DNA from: Octopus vulgaris
Lineage: Eukaryota
Assembly (NCBI GenBank): GCA_951406725.2
Contig: OX597825.1
Location: forward strand, 33,108,001-33,172,000
DNA: 64,000 nt
Direction of reading: 5' to 3'
Shown here: one piece after another, positions 15,115 to 29,650 of the stretch
Layout: each line of letters begins with the position of its first letter
How positions within the stretch are numbered: position 1 is the first letter of the stretch
Notes under the pieces: generated by a model
The model's input: the letters and a program-made list of their open reading frames with translations, nothing else
Database searches by the model: none
What the model was told of the DNA's origin: nothing
Position numbers and translations under genes: made by a program

Positions 15115-15478
15115 CGTGTGTGTGTGTATGTGTGTGTGTGTTTGCTTTTCAACTGACTCGAAAGTGTTATCCAAAGACTGAATTAAAAACCTTACTGGCA
15201 ATATAAAGAACATTCCCTTCATCAGTTGTCCCTTGTTTTATCTACTCCGTGTTTCGAAGGTAGGGACAAGACGCGACTTCGTTAAAGCAGTCCTTCCAGC
15301 AAAGCAAATTAAATAAAATTTAGGATTTTTTGCGGAGAGTAAAAGTGGTCACAAAGGCAGGACAGTAAGAACAAAACAGTGAAAACAAACGGTGAGGACT
15401 GTCAAGCCAGGATGATGTGAAGTGGTGAACACTGGAAAAACGAGCTTTGAGAAGAGACAGGCAAAAGCACGTCTTGTC

Positions 15479-15541
<63 letters not shown>

Positions 15542-15741
15542 CATTTGCTGAAACACATCCACATATTCACGTGTACCCAATCGCACTCATTATACCCACA
15601 CAAATCCACATATGCATGCATAGGGATACACACAGATATATATACATACATAAATGTATGTATAGTGTGTATTTCTGTGCAATTATCTTTAAACACGCGT
15701 GTGCACATATACATATATGCAAACATACATGCATACATAAT

Positions 15742-15834
<93 letters not shown>

Positions 15835-16190
15835 TATTATATTTATATATATTTCACATATGTGTATTTATATGTATTTGTGTGTGTATGTATATCTATA
15901 TGTATATATGTATATGTATATATGTATACATATATGTGTGTATACATACCTACATATATATGTATGTATATGTATATACATATGCATATATTTATTTACA
16001 TATATATATATGTATATATACTTATACATATATATATATATATATATATACGTACGTGTGTATATGTTCATGTATGTATTTGTGTATATGTGTGCCTGTG
16101 TGTGAAGTGTCTGCATGTGTGTAAATGTGTGTGTGTTTGTATATGTGTGTGTGTTTGTGTGTGCGTGTGTGTGTGTGTGTGCGTGCGTGT
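14990..16190. repeat. (TG)n/(TA)n compound microsatellite block
   Basis: Direct reading. Confidence 0.9.
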
Positions 16191-16410
16191 ATAGTTTTGA
16201 CAAGCGAGAAGAAAAGCAACAGGAACATCAGCAATATTCAGTCAATAATCCTATGATAGACGGCTAAGTTGCCTGTCGGAACCGATTCTTTCCAGCTTTC
16301 TGGCTTTCTCTTCATGCTCAACTGAATGCCTTTACGGTTATGGTTTTCTGCTGATAAACCAACCGATGAAATCATTTCTTCAGGTTTGTTGCTGATGTTG
16401 AAATGATGTA

Positions 16411-16552
16411 GGTGGTGGTGGTGGTGGTGGTGGTGGTGGTGATGGCGGTGGGTGGTGGTGGTGGTGGTGGTGGTGGTGGTGGTGGTGGTGGTGGTGGTGG
16501 TGGTGGTGGTGGTGGTGGTGGTGGAGGTGGTGGTGGTTGCGGTGGTGGTGAT
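16411..16552. repeat. (GGT)n microsatellite
   Basis: Direct reading. Confidence 0.95.
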
Positions 16553-16811
16553 TGGAGTGGGTGGTAAGATAGATATACCGTATTTCTATTTAAATATTTA
16601 TGTAGATCCACTAAAGATGAAGAACGAAGAAAAAGTCTTTGAAAGAAAGTAAAATAAAATGGAAAAAAAAAAGAAAGAAATGAATAAATGAACTTTTGCG
16701 GAAAGAAAGGTAAAAGAAATGGAATAGAATTTCCCCAAAAGAATAAAAAGAGATCATAAAATTATAGGGAAAGAAATAGATTATATGGTGTGTGTGTGTG
16801 TGTGTGTATAT

Positions 16812-16854
<43 letters not shown>

Positions 16855-16958
16855 TACACACACAAGCAAAACAGCAACAGTAATAATTATAATAACAACG
16901 ACAGCCACACAACAAGCATCAACGATGACAACGAAGATGATGACGATAATATTTTTAA

Positions 16959-18460
<1,502 letters not shown>

Positions 18461-18804
18461 AGAGTTTTACCTATTGCATTTCAAACAAATTTTAAAACAT
18501 TTATCTAACTTAAAGTAATTCTCTATCGTTTACTTAGAAATCCATAAACGATAACCTACTTCATTCTTTTTATACGTTCCGGTAGATTCTGATGTGGATA
18601 TGTTACTCACTGTTGTATTATATCATTGGAGAATAACTTTTCTTGTTAGACGAATATGTGTTCGTAATTCATTCGACTCTTTAACGTAAAGAGATTTGGC
18701 GATACGCTGGTAGAATTGTTAGAGCATCGGGAAAAAAACCCTTCAAGCAGGTGCCCCAGCAAGGCCACAGTCCAATGACAGAAATAAGTAATAGATAAAA
18801 GGTG

Positions 18805-18847
<43 letters not shown>

Positions 18848-18853
<6 letters not shown>

Positions 18854-19969
18854 GGTTCAACTTAAGGACAGAGCCGGCGACCTACTTTTGGCAATGAATC
18901 CATTGTTCTGCCAGATGCGGGTTGATTGATTAGCTCTGGGGAAACTCCCCGACCCTTTCAGGTGAATTAGAGTTCAGTTTGTGAGAGACAGTGAGAGAAA
19001 TGTTGAGGGGCTGAGGAAGACAGATTAAGGAATCTGAGGAGCTGACAAGCGAGAGAATGATAGAGAATGTGAAAGAGGAAGACAGGCAGAGAGTATTACA
19101 GAGCTAAGAGAGAGGGAGATTACGGCAGAGGGAAGCGCAGAGAGAGACAGGGCAAAACAGTCGGTATTTGAAATTCAAGGCAAGCGGTTGGCAGTTGGAT
19201 TTAGCAGTCAGCATTTGGGATTCAAGGCGAGCAGTCGGTAGTTGGGAGCTTGTCATGAGAGATGACAGTAGAGTGAGAGGATGAGGGGCTGAGGAAGACA
19301 TGCACATAGGACTAAGCGGCGATGGAGAGAGATTACGGCGGAGGGAAGGCACAGTTATTATAGTAGGAACTGTAACGGTACGTGAATTGTTGTATTGATA
19401 TGTGAACTGAGTAAAGGACTTGTCGATGTGTTATAAAGGCTGGAAAAGAAATGAGACAGTAAAAAGAACAATGTGAACTGTGTTGATATGTGTTACAGAA
19501 CTGTTAAAGAAAGAGAGAGACTCTGTTGTAGTCTTTAATGAACATTGAACTGTATATGCCTTTAATGTCCTTTGAACTGTAACGTTAATGTGATTTGAAA
19601 CAGAACTGTTGTCTCCGGACTGCATATTGTATCTGCATGTTTAAATGCTTTGATCTGTTGTATACCTGTTTCTTGATTTGTTGTTTTCTTTAAATGCTGT
19701 TGTTATTGCATTTGATGTGTTGTTACTTGCATGTATTTCCCCTTTGATGTATCTGATATATATTTGATGTTGTAACAATTATAAAGTGTTATAAACTAGT
19801 ACGTTAAATGTAAGCCAATTGCCTTCCGCTGTGTCTCTGTGTCTCTTCCTGCTGCTGTTGTTGTAGTTGTTGTATCTCTCTCCTCTCCGAGTTTCCGTGG
19901 CGAACATTAGCTGATCGATCGGGCCTGTGTGAGGGATTCCGTAACAGCTTTTGCGGGGGTCCCGTAACA
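18848..19969 (-). mobile_element. Solo LTR (Gypsy-like), 1122 bp
   Basis: Termini TGTT...AACA (minus strand TGTTACGGGACCCC...CCACAACA), ATAT on both flanks within (TA)n, no coding capacity. Confidence 0.7.
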
Positions 19970-20271
19970 ATATATATAGTATGTGTGTGTGTGTACAACG
20001 AAAATAAAAAGTGAAAAGGAAAAATGTTAGACTAAAAATGCGAAAATTGAAACAAATACCGTGATTCCTTTCCCCCACCCCACCACAATGCTATATGATA
20101 AAGTAGTATTCTCTACCGTGAAGTTTGAAGACAGGCGTGGTAAATATGATCTTCAATAAGATCTACGAGGCCGCAATGTAGCCGTGATAAAGTGATAGAA
20201 TTCACCTGTCACTCGGCTTAACACCACAGTCTGATTCTTCGCTGCTTGTACCGAAGTCTTCTATCGTTCCT

Positions 20272-20540
20272 GTGGCGCGTGGCTTAGTGATTAGGGTGTT
20301 AGACTCATGATCATAAGATTGTGGTTTCGATTCCTGGACCGAGCGATACATTGTGTTCTTGAGAAAAACACTTCATTTCACGTTGCTCCAGTCCACTCAG
20401 CTGGCAAAAGTGAGTAATCCTGCGACGGATCGACGTCCCATCCAGGTGGGGAATTTCTACCCCACTGAAACCGGGAAACCGGCCCTTATGACCCTGGCGT
20501 GGCTCGAAAAGGAAGCATTTCTTCTTTTTCTTCTTCTGTC
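20272..20540 (+). mobile_element. tRNA-derived SINE family D
   Basis: A-box tggcttagtgatt, B-box ggtttcgattcct, core tgtgttcttgag...ttcacgttgctccagt; related copy at about 49335-49670. Confidence 0.7.
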
Positions 20541-21645
20541 GTTCGTAAGCATTTAGGCCAAATCTACTTTGCCTCATGCTGTTTGTCAATGCATATGTCT
20601 CTGTTTTGTCGTCTCTCCTCTTATTAAATAACTAAAATGACATTTAACTGTCATTGATTCACTTATGGTATTTCTGCCGGGGGTATTTGAACTCGAAATA
20701 TAAACAACTGGAAGGAATATCGTGAAACATTTTCTCCAACGTGCTAACAATTCTACCAGCTTGTTGCTTTTATCATTTTTAAATTGTTACTAGATAATAA
20801 CAGAGTCAATGACATCTTCGCAAATTATTTTTCGTGAATTATTTTTCTCGTGAATTATTTGCTCCGTATTGAAATTATTTTCACGATGATGGCTGCCATG
20901 ATTTCAGCGCAAAACGAATCAATTGCAGCGGAGACTTCAACGCGACGATCTGGGGCTCTCTGTTATGGTAACACGTGCAGAGGAAGGTTAGGCTATTATG
21001 CTAGACCAGAAACCGGTCCACGTGAGTCCAAATACTTGAATGTCTACTGAGAGATTGTCTTGGTTCGTTTGCCTTCTGGCGGTTGATTTGTGTAGTTATT
21101 ATCAGTGAATTTTCGCGATTTAAATAAGCGTTTTGACTGTTATTTCCAGCAGGTAGACATACTTAGTATGTCCTTTGATTACTTATATATATATAAATAT
21201 ATATATAAGAATAAATGTTTTTATATATAAAGAACGTGAAATACAGGAAGGGACGAACACGGAACACAGACAAATCATTCGAAGCCTTCAATCTTCAGTC
21301 AGACACCGAATCATCATAGCAAATTTCGGCTGTTCAATTCTGATATTTGCTCCAACTCGGCCAGCCCCAAGAAAAAAACTAAGCTGTAAGCATTAGATTT
21401 CTTGGTAGAAGACAAGAATGTAGACGCAAGAGACGGATGTAAATACAAGAGACGAAAACGAAATTGAAAACAGTAATTGATAAACAAAATATAACGGTGG
21501 TTGTCTTACGACTTTAGACCAAATGAGACAAAAACAACAACAACATAGCAGCTGGCGTAGAAATAATTACCTTTTCGGTAGAGGGGACACATGTTGGTCG
21601 AGATACGATCGCCAACAGAATGGTTAAGAAGCAGCAATGCACACA

Positions 21646-21683
<38 letters not shown>

Positions 21684-22399
21684 TATATGTAAATCATAAA
21701 AACCAAAAGGTGAATGGATATATATTTAGCCACTTGACGTCCTTAAGGTTAAGGCCGTTTCGCAACTTCCTTCACGTAGTATTAATTTCAGCATGGAAGA
21801 AATTATGCTTACATGTTTTCATAAATACGTATGCCCGACATTATACAACACAATTGTATATTCACAAATTCATACAAATAAATCACCAGAACATCTCGAT
21901 TACAGCAGCGGTCACCTCAAGATGTATATGTGTCACATTTTGTCTGAATATATTATGTTTAAATCGTTTAATTCTTAAAACTAGAAAAGCTAAAAGACTG
22001 AATCTGTCTTTCTTCGTTTTGTTCTAATTCACTGCATTTAATATCAACTTATAGGTTTCTTTTGAATTTCACAATATGGCCTAATAATTTAGCTATGTTA
22101 TGTATGCCCTTCTCACAAAATAATCAGTTTAGTTCAATTTTTCAACCAATGGTTAATAAGATCTGTAATCGTTCAGTCTGCCAGAAAGAGCTTCTCCAAA
22201 TCACCTTCAAACACATCCTACTGTCTTTAAAAGCAAACAACAGACAACACATTGGTTAACATAATTTTTGGCGGCACATTTGCATCACCGTCGTCGTCAT
22301 CATCATCGACGTCATAATCTTCGTCGTCATCATCATCATCATCATTTTACGTTCGAATTTTCTCTGCTGATATTGCTTGGTCGGATTTTCTGGTTTTAA

Positions 22400-23800
22400 C
22401 ATTTAAAGAGATGGGCGGTGCGAACCACAATACTTTCCGCCCTTCTCTTTAAATGTTGAAACCAGAGTAGGTAAGATCTTCCTTAGATTAGTTGATAAAC
22501 ACTTCCCCGTACAAATAGATTCAACAAAATATTTAATAGACACACCCTGAAAATCTCATTTAGTTGTGCACCTAGTGTAAAAAAGGATTTTAGTAGGTAG
22601 GCTTACACTCGAGACAGAGGAAGGGTGCTCATGCGAGAGTAACACAACATGTCCACTGAACTGTCACTGTAACATAGAGACTGTTGTTACGAAGCAGAGA
22701 TAAAAGTTATAGGACCCAATGGGCAGCTGAACGTGCAGAAGTATGTGGAAGCAACGGAAGGCCCTTTCAGAACCCGCTTTAACAACCACAAGTCCTCCTT
22801 CAACATCCTGGAGAGATGCAGTTCCACAACCCTGACCAAGCGCATTTGATCTTTGAAAGAAAGCATCACAGAGAACAACATAAAGTGGAAGATCCTGGAG
22901 AAATATAAACCGTTCTTCAATAACAGCAGGAAGTGCAAGTTATGCCTGGCAGAGAAGAGGGCGATTTTAAAGGGCAGCCAGAGCCCGGATATTTACCTGA
23001 ATAGCAGAAATGAAGTGTTTAATTCTTGCCCACATGAAAGGAAGTACATCCTATCGTACCTGTGCGCCCCACCATGACTACAACCACCAGTCCCCCAACT
23101 TCGGTCTTCCACTAATACCTTCGAGCCCAGCAAAGAGTTTGACCAGAGCATACACCAACGCACCCACGTACATACACGCACGCCCCAACAAAGCGGATAC
23201 CCCTAATATATACCCCTACACACATATTGTACCCACACACACACACACATTGTGCTCTACGCACACCGTACGCTAACATAAAGCCCCCATGACCTTAAAC
23301 AATACAGAAAGAAAACAGAGTAACGAACACAATTATATGTGCTTACACAACTGGAAAAAATGATACATAAGACACCACTACACATATCACATATTCCATC
23401 CCCACAGGAACACTACACATTTCCCACAGGAACACTACACATTTCCCACATACACTTCAAGATAGCTCTTACCAGCTTTACAGCGAATCCAACCAAGGGA
23501 CATAACTCCTAACCTAATCCACTGGTCATTTTCGTTTCACCATCTTTTTCACAGCAACGAAGCAGACCATTCCTCTCCAACAATAGAGAGCAGTTGTCAT
23601 ATTCCTTTTCACATCGGTTAACTCTGATCAGCGTAGGGTTATATAATCGTATTGTTACCTAACACTCAGTTGTATTCCAAGCGCGAGAGCGATTGGTAAA
23701 ATCAGCCTTGATGAATATATAATATGGTACATTTTCGATAATATACCCACTCGATTAACAAATATACGAGTGTATCTATTCCCTGATTTATGGACTCTTA
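22400..23800 (+). mobile_element. Penelope-like element 3' fragment (RT thumb/linker + GIY-YIG endonuclease, degenerate) with 3' UTR
   Basis: PPFSLNVETRVGKIFLRLVDKHFP, FNRHTLKISFSC, CSC...CPLNCHC, VVYEA...YVEATEGPFRTRFNNHKSSF, IKWKILEK...CKLCLAEK..LNSRNEVFNSCPH; contains frameshifts and stops. Confidence 0.85.
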
Positions 23801-23829
23801 GACGGCTCACGTTCGATACCGCTGCCCTC

Positions 23830-24135
23830 TTTTGAGTTTCCTACCTTGATATTGGTTCATCTGGGATCTTAGATTGCAAAAGGTTAAGTTGTTTCTTGAA
23901 AACATATGCCCATATTCCATGAAGATCCCTCAGATATTTTAACAAGAAGTTAATGAGCTGTGGACCCTGAATCTCAATCTATTACAGTTCAAGATCCTTA
24001 CCTTAGATATGACAACTGAGACTTTTGGAACAGTGCATTGACATCCAATTCGAGGTCTGGTATAACTCTCACTTCCAAAGTTTGGTGCCAACCCCTCCAG
24101 TATCTTCTTCTGCACATATATCACTGCATATTCAT
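23830..24135 (-). mobile_element. CR1/L2-type LINE ORF2 3' fragment
   Basis: [19 protein letters not shown]...GPQLIN..VFKKQLNLL.SKIPDEP. Confidence 0.6.
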
Positions 24136-24166
24136 CTTTAATTATATGCATGTGATTTTTACATAC

Positions 24167-24233
<67 letters not shown>

Positions 24234-24769
24234 AATATATATATGTATATGTATATGCATTTATATATATATATATATATGCATGTGTATATGTATATAT
24301 ATATAGGTGTATATATATATATATTTATATACACACACACATATACATACATACATACATGCATACATATATATAAAAAAACCATGATAAACCAAAACAC
24401 ATATATATATATATATACATACATATATGTATATACAGATATACATGCATATATATGTATATACATATACGCATACAAACATATATGTATATATATGGAT
24501 CAAAACAGTTTGATTAAAATTTGTTGATACTCTTGGGTTTCAAGGATGATGCTAGTCATTAGCTAATTTGAATTCAAAATGGCTGATGACTAACATCACG
24601 CTTGAAACACAAGAGCACCAACGAATTTCAATCAAACTGTTTTGATCCATACATGTGACTCCCAATAAATTGGTTGAGTGCCCTTCTTTTATTTGTCCAC
24701 TCACTCGTGGGTGTGTGTGTGTGTATATATATATATAAATATGTATGTGTATATATATATATATCAAAT

Positions 24770-25173
24770 TCGATGACTGGCATCCGTGCTAGTGGAGCGC
24801 TAAGAGCACCATCTAATTATGATCGTTGCTAAAGCAGCTAACTGGCTTCCGTGCTGGTGGCAGGTGAAAAAACATTCGAGAGAGTCCGTTGCTAGTGTTG
24901 CTGGACTGGCTCCTGTGCAGGTGGCATGTAAAAAATACCATTTCAGCACAGCATGGCCATTGCCAGTACCACCTGATTGGCCCTCATGCCGGTGGCACAT
25001 AAAAGCACCCACTACACTCTCGTAGTGGTTGGCGTTAGGAAGGGCATCCAGCTGTAGAAACTCTGCCAGATCAAGATTGGAGCCTGGTGCAGCCATCTGG
25101 TTCACCAGTCCTCAGTCAAATCATCCAACCCGTGCTAGCTTGGAAAGCAGACATTAAACGATGATGATGATGA
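24770..25173 (+). mobile_element. SINE-like element family C with (GAT)n tail
   Basis: ggttggcgttaggaagggcatccagctgtagaaac...cattaaacgatgatgat; related copies at about 51395-51672 (+), 62590-62760 (-) and 37805-37990 (-). Confidence 0.7.
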
Positions 25174-25191
25174 TATATATATACACATTGA

Positions 25192-25420
25192 AGGCAGCGA
25201 GCTGGCAGAAACGTTAGCACGCCAGGCGAAATGCGTAGCCGTATTTCGTCTGCCATTACGTTCTGAGTTCAAATTCCGCCGAGGTCGACTTTGCCTTTCA
25301 TCCTTTCGGGGTCGACAAATTAAGTACCAGTTTCGCACTGGGGTCGATGTAATCGACTTAATCCGTTTGTCTGTCCTTGTTTGTCCCCTCTATGTTTAGC
25401 CCCTTGTGGGTAATAAAGAA
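25192..25420 (+). mobile_element. tRNA-derived Nin/Deu-domain SINE (family B)
   Basis: ggcagcgagctggcagaaacgttagca head, B-box gagttcaaattcc, Nin/Deu-like gcctttcatcctttcggggtcga, tail gccccttgtgggtaataaagaaa. Confidence 0.8.
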
Positions 25421-26053
25421 ACAGATATATATATATACACACACACATATACATACATACGTATATGTACATGTGTCAGTGTGTGTCTATACATACGGGT
25501 GTATATAAGAATGTGGGGGGGGTGCATGCATGCGTGTGTTTGCCTGTGTTGTCTATTTGTCAGAGCATATATGTCAAATGTATGCTTCTGCCTGCATTTG
25601 TGTCTGTGTCCTTCATACAAACACACATGAAGCAAAAGAACTTGTGATTTTTCTACAAAAATTGTGACTTGTTAAATTCATTGCTGAAATAGCTGCTCCT
25701 CTTCTGAGGGTACATGACAAGTAAATAGCTTATATCTTAATTTAGAACTTGTCAAGCTGAGCTGCAGTTGGTTTTGCATGTTTAAAACATACACAGACAT
25801 AATAAACATCTATCTATGTAGGAAGCTTTTAATACAGGAAAATTACTGTCAAACAGTAAAAACTTATATGGAAGTCATTTGAAGGTGGTTCGTTGCTGTT
25901 TTCCTAATTAGATGAATGGCAGAGCAAAGAAAGGAAAATTGTTCGTGTTAAATGCATTGAACAGTTTTAATGTATGTGCATGTGATTGTGTATGAGTGAG
26001 TATATATATACATATATATATATATATATACGTATATGTGTGTGTGTGTGTGT

Positions 26054-26084
<31 letters not shown>

Positions 26085-26246
26085 CATACACACATACATA
26101 TATATTCACACATATATACATGTACATACACATATATATATATATATGTATATATATATGTATATATATATATATATATATATAAAGCAAACATTGAATG
26201 ACAATCATATATATATATATATATATAAAGCAAACATTAAACGACA

Positions 26247-26286
<40 letters not shown>

Positions 26287-26358
26287 TGATGATACACATA
26301 TAGATACATATATATATATATACATATATATACATACATATAAATATGTACATTTATA

Positions 26359-26390
<32 letters not shown>

Positions 26391-26967
26391 CATATATATA
26401 CACACACAAACACACACACACTCACACACACACACACACACATATGGAGTAAGTAAAGCAAGCATACATACGAAAATGAAAAGTGTTACTGAAGAGGTTA
26501 CAGATGTGTGGTGAAAGATCTGTGGACAATGGACATGAGTTAAAATAATAAAATAAGAACAGTAATAAACGAGTGAAGAAATATATATATATATATATTC
26601 ACTTCATTTCAAATAATTTATTTTTCTGAAGATAAACAAATTGGAATTAAATTAAATAAAAACAGAAAACAAAACAAAATCGAAATTAGGGAGTGGTGGG
26701 GGTGGGGGAACGATCATAACAAAATAAGCACACGTAAACTGTCATCGTCTCGATGATGACATCGATGATATCAACAACAACAATGATGACTACTATGATG
26801 ATGACGACGATGAGAATGAAAATAATGATGATAATTATGGTGATGGTGATGATCATCATGATGGTGCCAGTGACAATCACTTCTGAAACATAAAAACTCT
26901 CGAAACAATTCTTCTTCATTTGATCAAATTGAATCATTAGCACATCCTTCATTCTTAAATTCTTATT

Positions 26968-27620
26968 AAATAATAATGAAATTATTGTATACAGTGCTCA
27001 GGTGCACCACAACTTGTCAAAAGTGCGTATAAAGCATATGCATTAATGTACAAATGTCTGGAAAGCGAACAGTGTATGAGTCAGATACATGCTTGCGTGA
27101 GTATGGAGAGGAGAAAATCAGGCGTAGTGTTGGCGAATCTCAGGAAGCATGGAAGTTTTGAAGGATGCAGTACTCCGACAACTAACAACTGATGCCGGCA
27201 GTCTGTTCCATGCTTCAGCAACTCTTAGCGTGAAAAAATGTTTCCGAAAGTCATGGGAGCTGTGCTGTTTTCTGACTTTGTAAACATGTCCATGGGTGTT
27301 TGACAGGTGGAGTTTGAAAAGGTGCTCAGAGTTATTGTTTGTAAGATGGTTAATAATTTTATGGGTGTCTGCCAAGTCAGCTGCCAGACGTCAGAGTTTC
27401 AGTGTATCCATGCCCAGGGAAGTAAGGCATTCAGAATATGGCAAATTCCTGATGGAGAGTATTTACTTGGTTGCACGTCACTGAACAGTTTCCAGACGAT
27501 TAATATCCTGGGCAAGTTAGGGGTTCCAGACCGGTGATGCAAATTCCAGATAGATAGCCAGAGAGCAGCTCATAAAGGACTTGGTAAGTGATTCCAAGAC
27601 ACGCTCAGCCTTTTTGGCAG
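26968..27620 (-). mobile_element. CR1-type LINE 3' fragment
   Basis: NTHGHVYKVRKQHSSHDFRKHFFTLRVAEAWNRLPASVV...SFK, then a 3' UTR. Confidence 0.8.
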
Positions 27621-27700
27621 TAACATATGTTTGTTGCTAATAATTTCGTTTTGGGATTTGATTTGCAAGATTCTTTATATGTGGTCGTGTGTTGAAGCAT

Positions 27701-27964
27701 ATTCTGTTGTGTCTGGAGAGAGTCATTTTCTTTTTTGCCTTATAATTTAACACACTCACCAGTAAAATTTCCACTTATTTCTTATGTTTATTTTCCTAAA
27801 ATTTTCGTTGTGTCTTGCAATCTATTCAATAGTCTTGGAAAGGTTGCAAGGTGCAATGAAAATTTTAGGAAAATAAAAATAAGAAATAAGTGGAAATTTT
27901 ACCAGTGAGTGTGTTAAATAATAAGGCGCAAAAGGAAAATGACTTTCCCCAGACGCAACAGAAT
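27701..27964. repeat. 264-bp foldback palindrome (MITE-like)
   Basis: Arms attctgttgtgtctgg...ttgcaa and ttgcaagg...ccagacgcaacagaat are imperfect reverse complements. Confidence 0.8.
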
Positions 27965-28259
27965 GTTTGCTAATAACATCTTTGGAAAAATCAAGAACCT
28001 CACCGTTTGTCCCAAATCTCCTTTTCCATAACTATTACACAATGCTTATTTAATAACATTCTTTATCATCATCATCATCATTGTCATCACTGTCTTTGCA
28101 TCAGCTTTTCCCATCACTTATCAAAGCCCTTTTACACAACACAATTCTTTACCTCTTGCCAATCCTTTTTAAGCTTGATATTATTTTTTTTTACTCTGGT
28201 CTTCACATGTTAGAACCAACAAAACCACTAAGCTGAACCATGATAAATGTTGCTATGGT

Positions 28260-28862
28260 TAATATGGACACTTGTATTCAAGACTGATGGGAAGCTGAAG
28301 GCAGAACTGGATGCTAGAATTACAGGCGCTGGCACAGTAATCTCCCAGTTCCAGCATTCATTCCTCTGAAGCAGAGAGATTGGTAAAAGAAGCCAAACTT
28401 CTTATCTTTAATTTGGTTTCCTTGCCTATCCTAACTGACAGTCTCAAATGTTGAGTAATGACCAAAAATGTACAATCACGAATACAAGCGGCAGAAATGG
28501 GATTCTTCTGAAGGATCTTTAGAGTAACAATACTTGACAGGATGTGTAGGTTAGAGATCAAGGAATCTTTCTCAGTGTAGCTGCTGCTTCTCTGCATTGA
28601 GAGTTCAAAGCTCTGCTACTATGAATATGTGACAAGAATGTTACAAGGAAGAATTCCAAGATGGAATCGTGAAGCTGAGCCAACTGGCCGGTGACGCAGG
28701 GGTAGACCAAGAATGAGACGGCTCAATAAAATCCATAGTTTCAGTTGGTCATGATTATAAATCTATCTACATTGGTAATCTTCTGATCAGACCTTATGGA
28801 GAAGGTACCTGATGACCATGTCCCCACGACCCTTCCAATAGATGGCGAAAAGGGATGGATAG
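28260..28862 (+). mobile_element. RTE-clade LINE 3' fragment
   Basis: AKLLIFNLVSLPILT; SRIQAAEMGFF*RIFRVTILDR; GR*RRGRPRMR; GATG-type tail. Confidence 0.7.
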
Positions 28863-29164
28863 AATTCACAGCTAATCTAATAGCAGAGGCATGGCTGTGT
28901 GGTTAAGAAGTCACTTTGCAAACACACTGTTTCAAGTTCAATCTGCTGTAGGGCACCTTGAGCAGGTATCTTCTACTAAAGTTCCAAGTTGACTATTACC
29001 TTGTGAGGGAATTTAGTTCTAGAAATTCCTGAATTGTATTGCTGTTGGTCCTAAATAAATGCATGGATTTAAATATATGTTTATAGCTTCTGGAAGTTCT
29101 GGAAATTCTTATTTTTATAAATATTCCTATTTCCTATTTTGATGCATAAATTTATGCATCTTCA

Positions 29165-29650
29165 TAACATTGTTTCATCATGTTAAGATTTTGATTACAT
29201 CTTAAATTTTGCTCCATAGTTAAGGTTTGTGAGAGTGTAACACATGACCTTATTTCATTGTATTAAACATATTGATTATGATCTTGTTTCATTACGGTAG
29301 AATTTCAATTATGTCTTAAATTTTGTTGCATAATTGAAGATTTCAAGATCATAACACTTAGACTTGTTATTACGTTAAGATTTGTATCATGTCTTAAATT
29401 TCGCTACATTATGAAAGCTTTTAAGAGCGTAACACTTCAACTTGTTTCTTTACATTAAAATTTCGATCACATTTTAAATTTCATTCAATAGTTAAGGTGT
29501 TTCAAAACATATCACTTGAACTTGTTGCAAGTTAAAATTTTGATTATGTCTTAAATTTTGTTCCATAGTTAAGATTTTAAGAATTTAACTAACGTTTCCA
29601 TCTTGCTTCATTACGTTAAAATTTCACTTATATCTTTACTTTCGTGCCAG
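29165..29650. repeat. Degenerate about 79-bp tandem repeat, about 6 copies
   Basis: cttgtttcattacgttaagattttgattatgtcttaaatttt recurs near 29169, 29283, 29363, 29441, 29521 and 29602. Confidence 0.7.

Noticed and set aside
16250-16400. Exon-like open stretch on the minus strand; similar stretches at 760-925, 4820-4920, 8870-8920, 20100-20260 and 59760-59900
   Set aside because: No recognisable homology and no consistent splice-phase chain, so I cannot support a third gene.
20272-20345. tRNA gene
   Set aside because: A/B boxes are present but there is no complete cloverleaf; the sequence continues into a SINE body and tail.
21240-21420. Hammerhead-like CTGAAGA/GAAA motifs on the minus strand
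   Set aside because: I could not build convincing stems I-III in any permutation.
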